Of a stretch of DNA of 64,000 nt, positions 1-9,847 are shown in pieces. Below the pieces are notes generated by a model. It had not been told where the DNA came from. It saw only the letters and a program-made list of their open reading frames with translations, and searched no databases. The translations under genes and the position numbers were made by a program. Each line of letters opens with the position of its first letter. Position 1 is the stretch's first letter. Source of the stretch: an uncultured Candidatus Saccharibacteria bacterium (GTDB taxonomy: Bacteria; Patescibacteriota; Doudnabacteria; UBA920; 2-01-FULL-46-14); assembly GCA_964565195.1 (NCBI GenBank), contig CAZMCQ010000002.1, positions 82,161 through 146,160 of the forward strand. Reading direction: 5' to 3'.

Positions 1-1
1 T

Positions 2-562
2 CCCGGCACAACTGATAATTATCAGAAAAAATATCCGGACGTGAATTTTGCCTTCAATCCCGAATTTCTTCGCGACAAGACTGCCAACGAGGATTTCATT
101 AACAATGATCGGCAGATCGTGGGTTACACCAGCAAAACGAAAGGTAGCACACTGGTCTCTGAGCTCGCAGCCATCTTGCCACCCGCGCCGTACGCCAAGC
201 TGATGCGCGCGGTGGACGCGGAGATGATCAAGTATGCCGGCAATACTTTTTTGGCGCTTCAGGTCATCTTTGCCAACCAAATTTTTGACATCTGCCAGGC
301 CGCCGGGATCAGCTACGAGCTAGTTAAAGATGCCCTCAAAGCTGATAAACGAATCGGCAAGAGTCACTGGGAAATTTTTCACACTGAATCGAGCCTTTCT
401 TCCAATATCGGCGAAGCTTACCGCGGTTATGGCGGTAAGTGTTTTCCGAAAGACATTAATTCCCTGATCGCGCAGGGCCGGGCGCTCGGCGTCGATATGG
501 CGCTTTTTGAGGCAGGCCGCGAGATCAACCTGGAGCTTAACGGGGGTAGATATGATCAATAA
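2..562 (+). CDS. UDP-glucose/GDP-mannose dehydrogenase family protein, 5'-partial (short form)
   Basis: Frame open from the window edge (PGTTDNYQKKYP...); PEFLR, AEMIKYAGN and GYGGKCFPKD motifs; ends soon after the catalytic Cys motif. Confidence 0.85.
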   Translation, partial: PGTTDNYQKKYPDVNFAFNPEFLRDKTANEDFINNDRQIVGYTSKTKGSTLVSELAAILPPAPYAKLMRAVDAEMIKYAGNTFLALQVIFANQIFDICQAAGISYELVKDALKADKRIGKSHWEIFHTESSLSSNIGEAYRGYGGKCFPKDINSLIAQGRALGVDMALFEAGREINLELNGGRYDQ

Positions 563-1406
563 ATTGCTGAAAACTCTCTCTGTTCATCCGCTTGCGGTGC
601 GGGATAAACCGTCTGTCGGCATAGTCGGCGGGGGAGCAGTCGGCAAAGCGATTGCCGCATTTTACGAAGGCACAAAAATTTACGATAAATACCATCCGGT
701 CGACGCGCTGGCTGAAGTGGCGAGTGCGGACTACATTTTTGTGGCGGTCCCGACGCCGTTTAATGACCGAACGGGTTCGGCTGATCTTGCCGAGATGGAT
801 GACGCGCTCACCACGCTTAACGAAAATTTGCCGCATCCGGGCGAACAAGTCGTGATCATCAAATCCACGGTTTTTCCGGGCACCACTTATACTTACCAGG
901 AAAAATTTCCAAATATGAATTTGGTCTTCAGCCCGGAATTTTTGACGGAAAAAACCGCGATCGAGGATTTCGCGCATCCCGATAAGCAGATTGTCGGACA
1001 TACTGCCAAAACCGCGGAGTTTGCGCCGCGGGTTTTGGCCATGCTGCCGCGCGCGCCGTACGAGAAGATTATGCATGCCCGTGCCGCCGAGATGGTCAAA
1101 TATACGATCAATACTTATTACGCTTTCAAGGTTATTTTCGCCAATACGCTCTATGATCTCTGCCAGAAGACCGGCGCTAATTACGATCAGGTCCACGAGT
1201 CGCTCGTTCGAGATCCGCGCATTCCGGATTCGCATCTTGATGTAATGCATGGCGGTTACCGCGGCTATGGCGGCAAGTGCCTGCCCAAAGATGTGCAAAC
1301 CCTGGCCTGGTACGCAAGGAAGCAGGGGAAACCGGCGGAGCTTATCGAGACGATCATTAGCATGAACGAGAGATTGCGGGCCCGACAATCGTTAAGCGAA
1401 TCATGA
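552..1406 (+). CDS. UDP-glucose/GDP-mannose dehydrogenase family protein (short form)
   Basis: GGGAVG Rossmann motif, VPTP, IKSTVFPGTT, SPEFL, GYGGKCLPKD; ATG 552 chosen over the longer ORF. Confidence 0.88.
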   Translation: MINKLLKTLSVHPLAVRDKPSVGIVGGGAVGKAIAAFYEGTKIYDKYHPVDALAEVASADYIFVAVPTPFNDRTGSADLAEMDDALTTLNENLPHPGEQVVIIKSTVFPGTTYTYQEKFPNMNLVFSPEFLTEKTAIEDFAHPDKQIVGHTAKTAEFAPRVLAMLPRAPYEKIMHARAAEMVKYTINTYYAFKVIFANTLYDLCQKTGANYDQVHESLVRDPRIPDSHLDVMHGGYRGYGGKCLPKDVQTLAWYARKQGKPAELIETIISMNERLRARQSLSES

Positions 1407-1407
1407 T

Positions 1408-2325
1408 ATGGCAAAGCTTTTAGTTACCGGCGGAGCCGGATTTATCGGTTCGCATCTTGTGGACCGGCTCGTCACCCTCGGTCATGAGGTGGTGGTGACC
1501 GACAATCTCTCCACCGGCAAAAAGGAAAATTTGAATCCTGCCGCAAAATTTATCGAAGTCGACATCGCGGACTACGAAAAAATCGCGCCGCACTTTGCCG
1601 GAGTGGAAGCCGTTTTCCACTGCGCGGCTCTGGCGCGGATTGCGCCGTCGGTCAAAGATCCGTTGCCTTCGCACGCCGCCAATGTCACCGGAACGCTGAA
1701 TGTTTTATGGGCGGCCAAAAACTTTGGAGTTAAAAAACTAATTTATAGCGGCTCGTCATCTGCCTATGGGGATCAACCAACCTTGCCTTTGAAGGAAGAC
1801 AAGCCAGGAGGGTTGAACCCTAAAAGTCCTTACGCTCTTCAGAAGGTTTTTGGTGAGATGTATTGCAAGCTTTTCTCCATTCTTTACGGATTAGATACCG
1901 TAATCCTTCGATATTTTAATGTCTATGGACCAAGGCAATTAACAGAAGGGGCTTATGCAACTGTGATCGGAATTTTTTTGAAACAGCGGGAGCAAGGCAA
2001 GCCCATGACTGTAGTTGGTGATGCTTGGGATAGAAGGCGGGATTATACATATATTTCTGACGTAGTCGAAGCGAACATACTTGCTTGGAAGAAGACAATT
2101 AGCATAGATGAAATGGTAATTAATATAGGTACTAACCGTAATTTCAGTGTAAGAGAGATAACAGAAAGAATTGGTGGTCCTACAATTGCAATAGAAAAGC
2201 GACCCTGGGAATATCAGGAAACTAAAGCTGATAATTCTAAAGCCAAGCGGCTGCTAGGTTGGGAACCAAAAATGAGATTTGAAGACGGGATTGCCGAGTT
2301 GAAGAAACTTCACCATTTACAATGA
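1408..2325 (+). CDS. NAD-dependent nucleotide-sugar epimerase/dehydratase (extended SDR)
   Basis: TGGAGFIGSH, SSSAYG, PYALQK (YxxxK), RYFNVYGP. Confidence 0.93.
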   Translation: MAKLLVTGGAGFIGSHLVDRLVTLGHEVVVTDNLSTGKKENLNPAAKFIEVDIADYEKIAPHFAGVEAVFHCAALARIAPSVKDPLPSHAANVTGTLNVLWAAKNFGVKKLIYSGSSSAYGDQPTLPLKEDKPGGLNPKSPYALQKVFGEMYCKLFSILYGLDTVILRYFNVYGPRQLTEGAYATVIGIFLKQREQGKPMTVVGDAWDRRRDYTYISDVVEANILAWKKTISIDEMVINIGTNRNFSVREITERIGGPTIAIEKRPWEYQETKADNSKAKRLLGWEPKMRFEDGIAELKKLHHLQ

Positions 2326-3473
2326 AAAAACGAGTCCTCATTTTCAGCATTGCCTATGAGCCGCTCTTAGGGGGAGCAGAACTCGCGGTCAGGAATATCA
2401 CTGACCGTTTGTCTGCTTATGAGTTTGATTTGATCACCGCGCGTTTTTCCCGGAAGCACGCCGAGCAGGAGAGGATCGGCAACGTTAATGTTTACCGTGT
2501 TGGTTTTGGGAGTCGCTTGGGGCGCTATCTTTATCCAATGTTGGCCTGGCGGCTGGCGAGCAAACTTCACAAGGGGCGTCCTTACCAATTAGTTTGGTCA
2601 ATTATGGCCGCCTATGCGGGTGCGGCGGCCCTGATGTTTCTGCGCCGGTTTCCGGCAGTTAATTATTTGCTCACGCTGCAGGAAGGCGATCCGATCGTGC
2701 ATATTCACCGGCGCGTGCGAGGGATGAAGAAGATGTGGCAGCGGATTTTCGGCCGCGCCGATTATGTGCAGGCGATCAGCCGGCACCTCGCAGAGTGGGC
2801 GCGTGCCGAAGGCGCGGCGTGTCCGATCGAAATTGTACCCAATGGCGTTGCCGTTGAGAAATTTACCCCCACTCTTTCTCCCCCTCATGAGGGGGAGAGG
2901 AAGAGGGGGTCACAATTTACGATAATTACGACTTCAAGGTTGGTGCCGAAGAACGGTTTAGATATTTTGATTCGCGCTCTTGCTGTCATCCTGGAGGGAG
3001 CGAAGCGACTGATAGGATCTCGAGATATAAAATTGCAAATCCTCGGTTCTGGTTCGGAAGAACAAAAGCTTAAAAAACTCGCTCACGATTTGAACGTGAG
3101 TGATTGTGTGGAGTTTCTGGGCGATATCACACCCGATAAAGTTCCGGAATATTTAGTTCGTGCCGATATTTTTGTGCGGCCATCGCGGAGCGAAGGTCTG
3201 GGCACCGCTTTTTTGGAGGCCATGGCCGCGGGCTTGCCGGTTATTGGCACGGCGGTCGGCGGCATTCCGGATTTTTTGCAAGACGGCGCGACTGGACTGT
3301 TTTGCAAAGTCGAGGAGCCAAACGATTTAGCTGCAAAAATCAAATTGTTGTTTGAAGACGCACCGCTTCGGCGCCGCCTCGGGGAAAATGGAAAGAAACT
3401 CGTCGAAGAGCGGTATTCCTGGGACGGCATTGCCGCGCGGATGAATAATATTTTTCAAAAGCTAAGTGTATGA
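2322..3473 (+). CDS. GT4 (GT-B) glycosyltransferase carrying two in-frame repeat inserts
   Basis: GGAE, IVPNGV, RLVPKNG, SEGLGTAFLEAMAAGLPVI. Confidence 0.93.
   Translation: MKKRVLIFSIAYEPLLGGAELAVRNITDRLSAYEFDLITARFSRKHAEQERIGNVNVYRVGFGSRLGRYLYPMLAWRLASKLHKGRPYQLVWSIMAAYAGAAALMFLRRFPAVNYLLTLQEGDPIVHIHRRVRGMKKMWQRIFGRADYVQAISRHLAEWARAEGAACPIEIVPNGVAVEKFTPTLSPPHEGERKRGSQFTIITTSRLVPKNGLDILIRALAVILEGAKRLIGSRDIKLQILGSGSEEQKLKKLAHDLNVSDCVEFLGDITPDKVPEYLVRADIFVRPSRSEGLGTAFLEAMAAGLPVIGTAVGGIPDFLQDGATGLFCKVEEPNDLAAKIKLLFEDAPLRRRLGENGKKLVEERYSWDGIAARMNNIFQKLSV
2865..2910. repeat. Family A C/T-G/A palindromic element, in frame (TPTLSPPHEGERKRG)
   Basis: Perfect 22-bp palindrome TCTCCCCCTCATGAGGGGGAGA inside outer arms ACCCCC/GGGGGT. 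Confidence 0.9.
2984..3021. repeat. TGTC-tagged REP-like half element, in frame (VILEGAKRLIGSR)
   Basis: TGTCATCCTGGAGGGAGCGAAGCGACTGATAGGATCTC; the peptide interrupts the GT4 helix-strand pattern ILIRALA...DIKLQILG. Confidence 0.65.
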
Positions 3474-5146
3474 CTCGAAATCAGAAAGTTATTTTCGCAA
3501 TCATTCTGGTCGTGGCAGCATTTTTGATTTTCTTCCGTTTGGGCCGCCAGGATATGCTTGGCGATGACGCGCACTACAGCCTGCGGGCCTATGGCTACTT
3601 GGACTATATGGCCTCGCAGAAGCAGACCACGCCCCTGCAATGGTTCGGCGAGCGGCCGGGCTGGTCGTATCTGTCTTTTCACGACCATCCGCCAGTGTAT
3701 TTTTTTATTCAGCATATCTTTTTCAAACTTTTCGGCGATTCAGTAGTGGTCTCGCGGCTGACTTCGGCGCTGGCCGCTTTAGGGTCTGTGCTGGTGATAT
3801 TTTTTATCGGCAAACATTTGGGTAGCGTCCGGCTCGGCCTCGCGGCTATGGTTGCCCTGGTGCTCAACAATTTTTTTATCTTGAACGGCCGGATCGCGCA
3901 TATCGAATCGCTGCTCATTTTCTGGTTTCTGCTGGGACTGCTGTTCCTGCTGCGCGCTCTGCAGGATTCGCCGAGGGATTTCAAATGGGCGGGATTGTTC
4001 TTCGGCCTCGCGCTGCTGACCAAAGTTTCGCTGCTCTTTATGCTTCCCGCGCTTCTGCTTTATTTTGTCTGGCAAAGGCGGGACGTTTTGCAAAAAAAGG
4101 AATTTTGGCTTGGCCTGGCGATTTTTGTCCTGGCGAGTTCGCCGCTGCTCTTTTATAACCTCAAAATGTATCAGGCGCGTGGGCATTTTGATGTACAATT
4201 TGCCGACCTGTTCGGCCAAAGCAACCGCGACTGGTTCAATCTCGACGGTCGCGTTGGCGGCTTCCATTTGGCGGTGCGCGACACACTGGCTTATTTTTAT
4301 CGGGGGATGTCGTGGCCGTACTTTGTCGCTGCGTTAGGCGCTTTGCTTTTTGCCGTCTGGCAGGGGAAGAAGAATCCGTTATGGTGGCTCGTGGTTTTGG
4401 GGGCGGTTCTGACCGCAATGTTTCTGATGTATGTCGGCGGGGCGTCGCGGTGGCTCGCGATCGTCACGCCATTCACCGCGCTGGCTTTGGGTGGACTAAT
4501 AGATTTTCTCTGGGACACGAAACGGCTGCCGATCGCTTTCGCCAGTGGGGCTCTGGCCGTGTATTCTTTGGTTTTTATTTTCAATTCGAACCATGCCTTG
4601 GCGGCAAGCCGGAATGAATTTTTGACCTCGGCACTGCGCCTGGAAAATTATGGTTACAATCAGCTGGATAAATGGGTGGACAGACTTCTGGCCGGAAAAA
4701 CCGTTCCTTTGCAAACCCGCGATGCCGTAAGTTATATGTGGTTTTTGGGCATTGAGCAGGACGCCTTGCCGTTTTTGCGGGATAAAACCGAATCTGGAAA
4801 TTATAATTCCCTGATTATCTACGATGACGCGATGAACTGGTTTCCGGCAATCTGGGCGCTGGGACGGCATCGTATATACGATGGGGTGCCGAGCATGACC
4901 ACGACGGAGTTTGAGGACTGGATCTCAAATGCAGAGGCACTGAAGTTTCTCAATTCCCTTGACTTCGATAGATTTTATTTCATTCGCGCCAGCGAAGCGC
5001 TGCGCCAGAACGAGCCGGAGGGTCGCAAACCCGCAGAGCCACTCGAATTAATGTACAAGGACCAGAGCGTCAAACCGGAAGTGATCCATAATCTGCAAGG
5101 AGATGAAGCATTTTACATTTACGAGACAGAAGAAATTCGTTTATGA
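3470..5146 (+). CDS. ArnT/PMT-family (GT-C) polytopic membrane glycosyltransferase
   Basis: GDDAHY loop after TM1, DHPPVYF motif, GLALLTK, many TM segments, soluble C-terminus. Confidence 0.85.
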   Translation: MTRNQKVIFAIILVVAAFLIFFRLGRQDMLGDDAHYSLRAYGYLDYMASQKQTTPLQWFGERPGWSYLSFHDHPPVYFFIQHIFFKLFGDSVVVSRLTSALAALGSVLVIFFIGKHLGSVRLGLAAMVALVLNNFFILNGRIAHIESLLIFWFLLGLLFLLRALQDSPRDFKWAGLFFGLALLTKVSLLFMLPALLLYFVWQRRDVLQKKEFWLGLAIFVLASSPLLFYNLKMYQARGHFDVQFADLFGQSNRDWFNLDGRVGGFHLAVRDTLAYFYRGMSWPYFVAALGALLFAVWQGKKNPLWWLVVLGAVLTAMFLMYVGGASRWLAIVTPFTALALGGLIDFLWDTKRLPIAFASGALAVYSLVFIFNSNHALAASRNEFLTSALRLENYGYNQLDKWVDRLLAGKTVPLQTRDAVSYMWFLGIEQDALPFLRDKTESGNYNSLIIYDDAMNWFPAIWALGRHRIYDGVPSMTTTEFEDWISNAEALKFLNSLDFDRFYFIRASEALRQNEPEGRKPAEPLELMYKDQSVKPEVIHNLQGDEAFYIYETEEIRL

Positions 5147-6222
5147 AAATTTTGCTTTGCACCGGAATTTATCCGCCGGAACCGGGAGGGCCGGCGACCT
5201 ACACCAAGCTTCTGGCGGAAGAGTTAGTGAAGCGTGGGCATATGATTAAAGTGATTACTTATTCTACCCCCACTCTTTCTCCCCCTTATCAAGGGGGAGA
5301 TGAAGAGGGGGTTGTCCGTATTTCTCGTAGCTGGTTCAAACCACTGCACTATTTCAGATATTTCCGAATGGTGAAGAAATTAGGCAAAAATTTTGATGTG
5401 CTTTATGCCCAGGATCCGGTTTCCGCAGGGTATCCGACTTATCTTGCAGCGCGAGTTTTAAAAAAACCTTACGTTGTCAAAGCCACTGGCGACTACTCCT
5501 GGGAACAGGCCATGGGGCGCAAGTTAACGACCGTCTTAATTGATGAATTCCAAAAGCTGCCGCATTATCCCTTTTGGATCAAATTGATGCGTCGCATTCA
5601 AATTCAGGTTTGCAAGGAAGCCAATCTGGTCATCGTACCGTCAGAATATTTGCGGCGCCTGGTGATGGGCTGGGGTATCAAAGAGAAAAAGCTTCATGTA
5701 ATTTATAATGCTTCGCTAGATGTTCCATCCATTTCCCGCGAACTGCACGGGGGCTTTCGGACTGTTTCCGTAGGACGCGATGTAAAGTGGAAAGGATTTG
5801 AAATGTTGCGCGAGGCGGCAGCGGAATTGCAAAAAGAGATTCCCGATCTCAAGCTCGAAATTTTGCAGAATACCCCGCGCGAAATTGTCCTCGAACGTTT
5901 AGCGGCAGCCGACGTGTTCGTATTAAACAGCGCTTACGAGGGGACTTCTCATGTCATTTTGGAGGCCATGGCGCTGGGGACGCCGGTCGTCACGACGCGC
6001 GTCGGGGGCAATTCGGAAATCGTCACGCCCGGGGTTGGTATTCTTGTGGAATTTAACAACAAAGAAGAGATTAAAGAAGCAATTCGCGAACTTTATCATG
6101 ATCCGTCCTTGCGGCAAAGACTTGCGGCGGCAGCGACCCGAATGGTAAAACAGAAATTTTCGCTGGACGGAATGATCAGCGAGACGCTGGCCGTGCTAAA
6201 ATTCTTGATTCCTAATTCATGA
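5143..6222 (+). CDS. GT4 glycosyltransferase with in-frame palindromic insert
   Basis: YPPEPGGPA, YEGTSHVILEAMALGTPVV. Confidence 0.93.
   Translation: MKILLCTGIYPPEPGGPATYTKLLAEELVKRGHMIKVITYSTPTLSPPYQGGDEEGVVRISRSWFKPLHYFRYFRMVKKLGKNFDVLYAQDPVSAGYPTYLAARVLKKPYVVKATGDYSWEQAMGRKLTTVLIDEFQKLPHYPFWIKLMRRIQIQVCKEANLVIVPSEYLRRLVMGWGIKEKKLHVIYNASLDVPSISRELHGGFRTVSVGRDVKWKGFEMLREAAAELQKEIPDLKLEILQNTPREIVLERLAAADVFVLNSAYEGTSHVILEAMALGTPVVTTRVGGNSEIVTPGVGILVEFNNKEEIKEAIRELYHDPSLRQRLAAAATRMVKQKFSLDGMISETLAVLKFLIPNS
5266..5312. repeat. Family A palindromic element, in frame (TPTLSPPYQGGDEEG)
   Basis: First 21 nt ACCCCCACTCTTTCTCCCCCT identical to the copy at 2865; inner stem TCTCCCCCTT/AAGGGGGAGA. Confidence 0.9.
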
Positions 6223-6233
6223 TCCTTGATTCT
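6201..6233. repeat. Degenerate heptamer tandem array spanning a GT4 stop codon
   Basis: ATTCTTG ATTCCTA ATTCATG ATCCTTG ATTCT. Confidence 0.7.
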
Positions 6234-6238
6234 ATTTT

Positions 6239-7363
6239 ATGCGTGTCTTGATGTTGAGCTTGGACCGCGGACTGCTCGGCGAGGGGTCTTCGGGTGATGT
6301 TGTGGAACGCCACAAAAAGTACGCGGATCTTGTCGGCACTTTGGATGTCATAGTTTTTTCCTCCAAAAAATATGCGCCGCGGCAGCACGCGGAAAATTTT
6401 CGGGTCTTTCCGACCAAGTCGCGAAAATTTTCGCACTGGGCGCGCGCGGTTGAAATTGCCATAAAGCTTCATCGCGAGCAGCCTTATGATTTGCTTATTA
6501 CCCAGGAATTCGCGGCGCCGGCCGGAGCAAAAATCAAGCAAAAGACCGGCCTTCCCTGGCTCGTAAGCATTCATGGCATGTTTTTCAGTTCGGAATGGCT
6601 GCGCCTGCGGCCTTTGGAATGGTATCTCTACTTTCGTGTGAGGCGCGCCATAAAAGCGGCGGACGCTTTCCGGGTCAACAACGAAATTATTGAGGAGAAA
6701 CTGGAGGAGTGGGGGCTTCATAAACCGATTCTCGTACAGCCGACCGCAATAGACATAAAAAATTTTTTGAGCGCCGAGAAACCGGTAAATACAGTACCAA
6801 AAATTTTATACGTTGGCCGCCTTTCCCCGGAAAAGAATGTGGCGATGCTGATTGAGGCGGCCCGAGAAATCCGCCAGTGGTTTGAGCTGGAAATTGTCGG
6901 TTCAGGCCCCGAGGAAAAGCGGCTTAAAAAAATGGCGCGGGAGGCCGGGCGGATTTATTTTTTGGGCCGACAGAGCATGAAGCAGCTACCAGAGATCTAT
7001 CGCCGCGCGGATATTTTCGTTCTGCCTTCAAACACCGAAAGCTTCGGCCAAGTGCTGCTGCAGGCCGCAGCCGCTGGCTGCGCGATTATTGCCACGCGGA
7101 CGGCAGGGGCACGCAGCATTATTCAAGATGGTTTGGCTGGTATTCTCATTGCAGTTGGCGATCGCGAAGAATTAAAAAGCGCGATTGAGCGTTTGATAAC
7201 AGACCGGGAACTTCGCAGTCGCCTCTCGACTGCTGCGCGGAAAATGGCCGAGGATTACAATCAGGATGAGGCCGTTGGAAAGTTGATTGATTTTTGGAAA
7301 GAGATTGCTCGCAACCTCACCCCAACCCTCTCCGATATCGGAGAGGGAGAAAGGGTGAGGTAG
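6239..7363 (+). CDS. GT4 glycosyltransferase; C-terminal tail encoded by a palindromic element
   Basis: VGRLSPEKN, TESFGQVLLQAAAAG. Confidence 0.92.
   Translation: MRVLMLSLDRGLLGEGSSGDVVERHKKYADLVGTLDVIVFSSKKYAPRQHAENFRVFPTKSRKFSHWARAVEIAIKLHREQPYDLLITQEFAAPAGAKIKQKTGLPWLVSIHGMFFSSEWLRLRPLEWYLYFRVRRAIKAADAFRVNNEIIEEKLEEWGLHKPILVQPTAIDIKNFLSAEKPVNTVPKILYVGRLSPEKNVAMLIEAAREIRQWFELEIVGSGPEEKRLKKMAREAGRIYFLGRQSMKQLPEIYRRADIFVLPSNTESFGQVLLQAAAAGCAIIATRTAGARSIIQDGLAGILIAVGDREELKSAIERLITDRELRSRLSTAARKMAEDYNQDEAVGKLIDFWKEIARNLTPTLSDIGEGERVR
7314..7361. repeat. Family A-related (boxC-like) palindrome forming the last codons of the GT4 (NLTPTLSDIGEGERVR*)
   Basis: Perfect 22-bp palindrome CCCTCTCCGATATCGGAGAGGG within ACCTCACCC...GGGTGAGGT. 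Confidence 0.9.
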
Positions 7364-7373
7364 GGAGCTCGTT

Positions 7374-8450
7374 ATGAAACTAATTTTTGTCACTCGAAAA
7401 GTTGACCGCGGCGATGCCATAACCGGCTTTGTTTTTGGGTGGATAAATGCTCTGGCGGCAAAGGTGGAAAAACTTTATGTTATCTGCCAGGAAAAAGGAG
7501 ACACATCAGGATTGCCAAGGAATGTTGAGGTTTATTCTTTTGGCAAAGAACTCGGCTACGGCAGGATTAGGCAAGGTTTGAAGCTTTGGAATTTGGTATT
7601 TGGAATTTGCAAAAACTCTGAAGGAGTTTTTGCCCATATGCATCCAATTTATGCGATCATTGCCGGTCTCGCTGCGCGTCTTCGTGGCAAGAGAGTAATT
7701 CTTTGGTACACGCACAAGGCCGTGGATTGGAAATTGAGAATTGCACACGCGCTGGTTAATGAAGTTTTGACAGCGAGTGCGGAAAGTTTTCGGTTGCCAT
7801 CGAAAAAAGTTAAGGTTGTCGGCCACGGCATTGACCTTGAAAAGTTCCACCCCCTCCCATCCCTCCCCCCTCGAGGGGGAGGAAAGGTGGGGGGGAAATT
7901 TAGAATAGCTTCCATTGGCCGCATCAGTCCGGTGAAAGATTATGAGACTCTGATCAAAGCCGCGGATATACTTCAAGAAAGTGGTATCAAGGATTTTGTC
8001 ATTGAGATCTATGGCCGGATCGGTTTGTCGGAGCATCAGGGCTATTACGATTCGCTTGTGGAATTTGTGAACAATGCCAATCTGGACGAGATTGTGAAGT
8101 TTCAGGGCGAACTTGATTATGGCTATGTTGATGAGATTTATAATGAAGCAGATCTTTTTGTAAATTTGAGTCAGACCGGCAGCATTGATAAAGCCGTGCT
8201 CGAAGCCGCAGCTTGTGAGACGCTGGTTTTGACTTCGAACGAAGCCTTTGAGAAGATTCTCAACGAGATTTCACCGCTTTTATTTTTTCGCCGCGATCAC
8301 CCCGAGGATTTAGCTGCGAAGATTGAGGGGATAAAATCATTATCCGGTGAAGTGCGCGTGAAGATTGGCAGGCAGCTTCGCAAAATGGTCGAGCAAAATC
8401 ATAATTTGAACAATTTGGCTGCGAAGATTGTCGAGGAGTTTAAATCATGA
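7374..8450 (+). CDS. GT4 glycosyltransferase with heptamer and palindromic inserts
   Basis: VGHGID, IGRISPVKD, GSIDKAVLEAAAC. Confidence 0.92.
   Translation: MKLIFVTRKVDRGDAITGFVFGWINALAAKVEKLYVICQEKGDTSGLPRNVEVYSFGKELGYGRIRQGLKLWNLVFGICKNSEGVFAHMHPIYAIIAGLAARLRGKRVILWYTHKAVDWKLRIAHALVNEVLTASAESFRLPSKKVKVVGHGIDLEKFHPLPSLPPRGGGKVGGKFRIASIGRISPVKDYETLIKAADILQESGIKDFVIEIYGRIGLSEHQGYYDSLVEFVNNANLDEIVKFQGELDYGYVDEIYNEADLFVNLSQTGSIDKAVLEAAACETLVLTSNEAFEKILNEISPLLFFRRDHPEDLAAKIEGIKSLSGEVRVKIGRQLRKMVEQNHNLNNLAAKIVEEFKS
7585..7609. repeat. Heptamer tandem array, in frame (LWNLVFGIC)
   Basis: TTTGGAA TTTGGTA TTTGGAA TTTG. Confidence 0.7.
7851..7895. repeat. Family A palindromic element, in frame (PLPSLPPRGGGKVGG); exact reverse complement of 60914-60958
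   Basis: CCCCTCCCATCCCTCCCCCCTCGAGGGGGAGGAAAGGTGGGGGGG, 45/45 match. Confidence 0.95.
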
Positions 8451-9847
8451 AGCTTTTGGCCAAAAACACCTTCGCCGGCGAAACCCTTATCTATTATGAC
8501 AGTCAGGGCCGGATCGCGTTCCACCCGGACGCGCTATGCGGACCACGCCCTCATTTAAACCCAGAAGCCATCTATGATTTTTTGCTGTTTGATACAATCC
8601 TTCCGCCGAACAGCATCTGGCAGGGGGTTGCTGCCCTGTTCCCGGGTGAGGAGCTGTGGCAGGACCGGGACGGTCAAATAATTCTGCAAAATAAAGAATA
8701 TCCCGCGCTCACAAGACTCGGGATAGTCGCCGGCACTCCCCGGGAACTGGCCGCGCATCTCGATAAAATGTTTGAAGAGTATTTCGCCCGCACCGTGTCC
8801 CGAGACAAACCGACTGCGCTCATGCTCTCGGGGGGAATTGATTCCGCGATCCTTGCCAGTTACCTGCCCAAAGACACTGTTTGTGTAACCTGGGCCGGGT
8901 GGGGGGAGGGGTCGTCAGATTTAAGATACGCGCGTCAAAATTTCCGCCAGTTTGCCCTGAAAAAACATCTGGTTTCCCATATTGACTATGCGGCCGATGA
9001 AAAAATTTTTGATGCAGCTTTGCGCAACCTCCGCCACCCTTTTTCGATTTCTTCAGGAGTTCCGTATTTACGGATGGCCGAACAGCTTCAGGAGTATTTT
9101 CAAGGCCGACCTTACCAGCTGTTCATGGGCGAGAATGCCGATACCATTGCGGGCGCGTACCACACCGGGGTTTATGTTTATTATTTTTCAAAAATAAACC
9201 GGCTGTGGGGTTTTGTGAGCATTCCGCCAAGCCTCATTGAAAAAAAAAGGAAGCTGTTTTTGCTGTCGAGCACCAATCCGGTAAAACTTTTTGCGTATTT
9301 CAGCTCCTTTGGCCTTTACCCCGGTTCGTGGATCAATCCGCCGCAGGGGTATTTTGAAACCAAGCTTGAGCAGATCAAAGTCCAGCTGGGGCGTTTGCGG
9401 AATTTTCGCGATCATATTCTCATGTTGGAACTTGCGATCGGGTCGCGTCGCAACCAGTTTCGGCAAGGCTATCTGCCGCCGCTCTATGGCGCAGAAATGA
9501 CTTTGCCTTATTATGACGAAGGCATTGTGAAATTTTTTTTACAAATTCCCCAGCGTATTCGCCGCCAGCAGTATTTTGGCAAAACTGTCTTGCAAGAGTT
9601 AGCGCGGCGCCGCGGTGTCCCGAATGAGGTGATTGAGAAAGGTAAAAAAGGACTCTCCTATGGATATGCGGATTTTTTGCAGCAGCATAGACACATTCCA
9701 ATTTGGGATCAAATGCAAAAAGATATTGTGCTCAACAAATTCGTGGATATCACGGCAGTACGTCAAAAACACGAGAGCAATTTTGCGCTGTTTGATATGC
9801 TGCGCAGCGCGCATAAATATCTGAAAGTTATTTTGGGTCCGGGCTAG
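8447..9847 (+). CDS. Asparagine-synthase-related ATP-dependent amidotransferase (glycan tailoring)
   Basis: LSGGIDS PP-loop, GENAD, GKTVLQ...K-KG C-terminal pattern; no N-terminal Cys. Confidence 0.75.
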   Translation: MKLLAKNTFAGETLIYYDSQGRIAFHPDALCGPRPHLNPEAIYDFLLFDTILPPNSIWQGVAALFPGEELWQDRDGQIILQNKEYPALTRLGIVAGTPRELAAHLDKMFEEYFARTVSRDKPTALMLSGGIDSAILASYLPKDTVCVTWAGWGEGSSDLRYARQNFRQFALKKHLVSHIDYAADEKIFDAALRNLRHPFSISSGVPYLRMAEQLQEYFQGRPYQLFMGENADTIAGAYHTGVYVYYFSKINRLWGFVSIPPSLIEKKRKLFLLSSTNPVKLFAYFSSFGLYPGSWINPPQGYFETKLEQIKVQLGRLRNFRDHILMLELAIGSRRNQFRQGYLPPLYGAEMTLPYYDEGIVKFFLQIPQRIRRQQYFGKTVLQELARRRGVPNEVIEKGKKGLSYGYADFLQQHRHIPIWDQMQKDIVLNKFVDITAVRQKHESNFALFDMLRSAHKYLKVILGPG

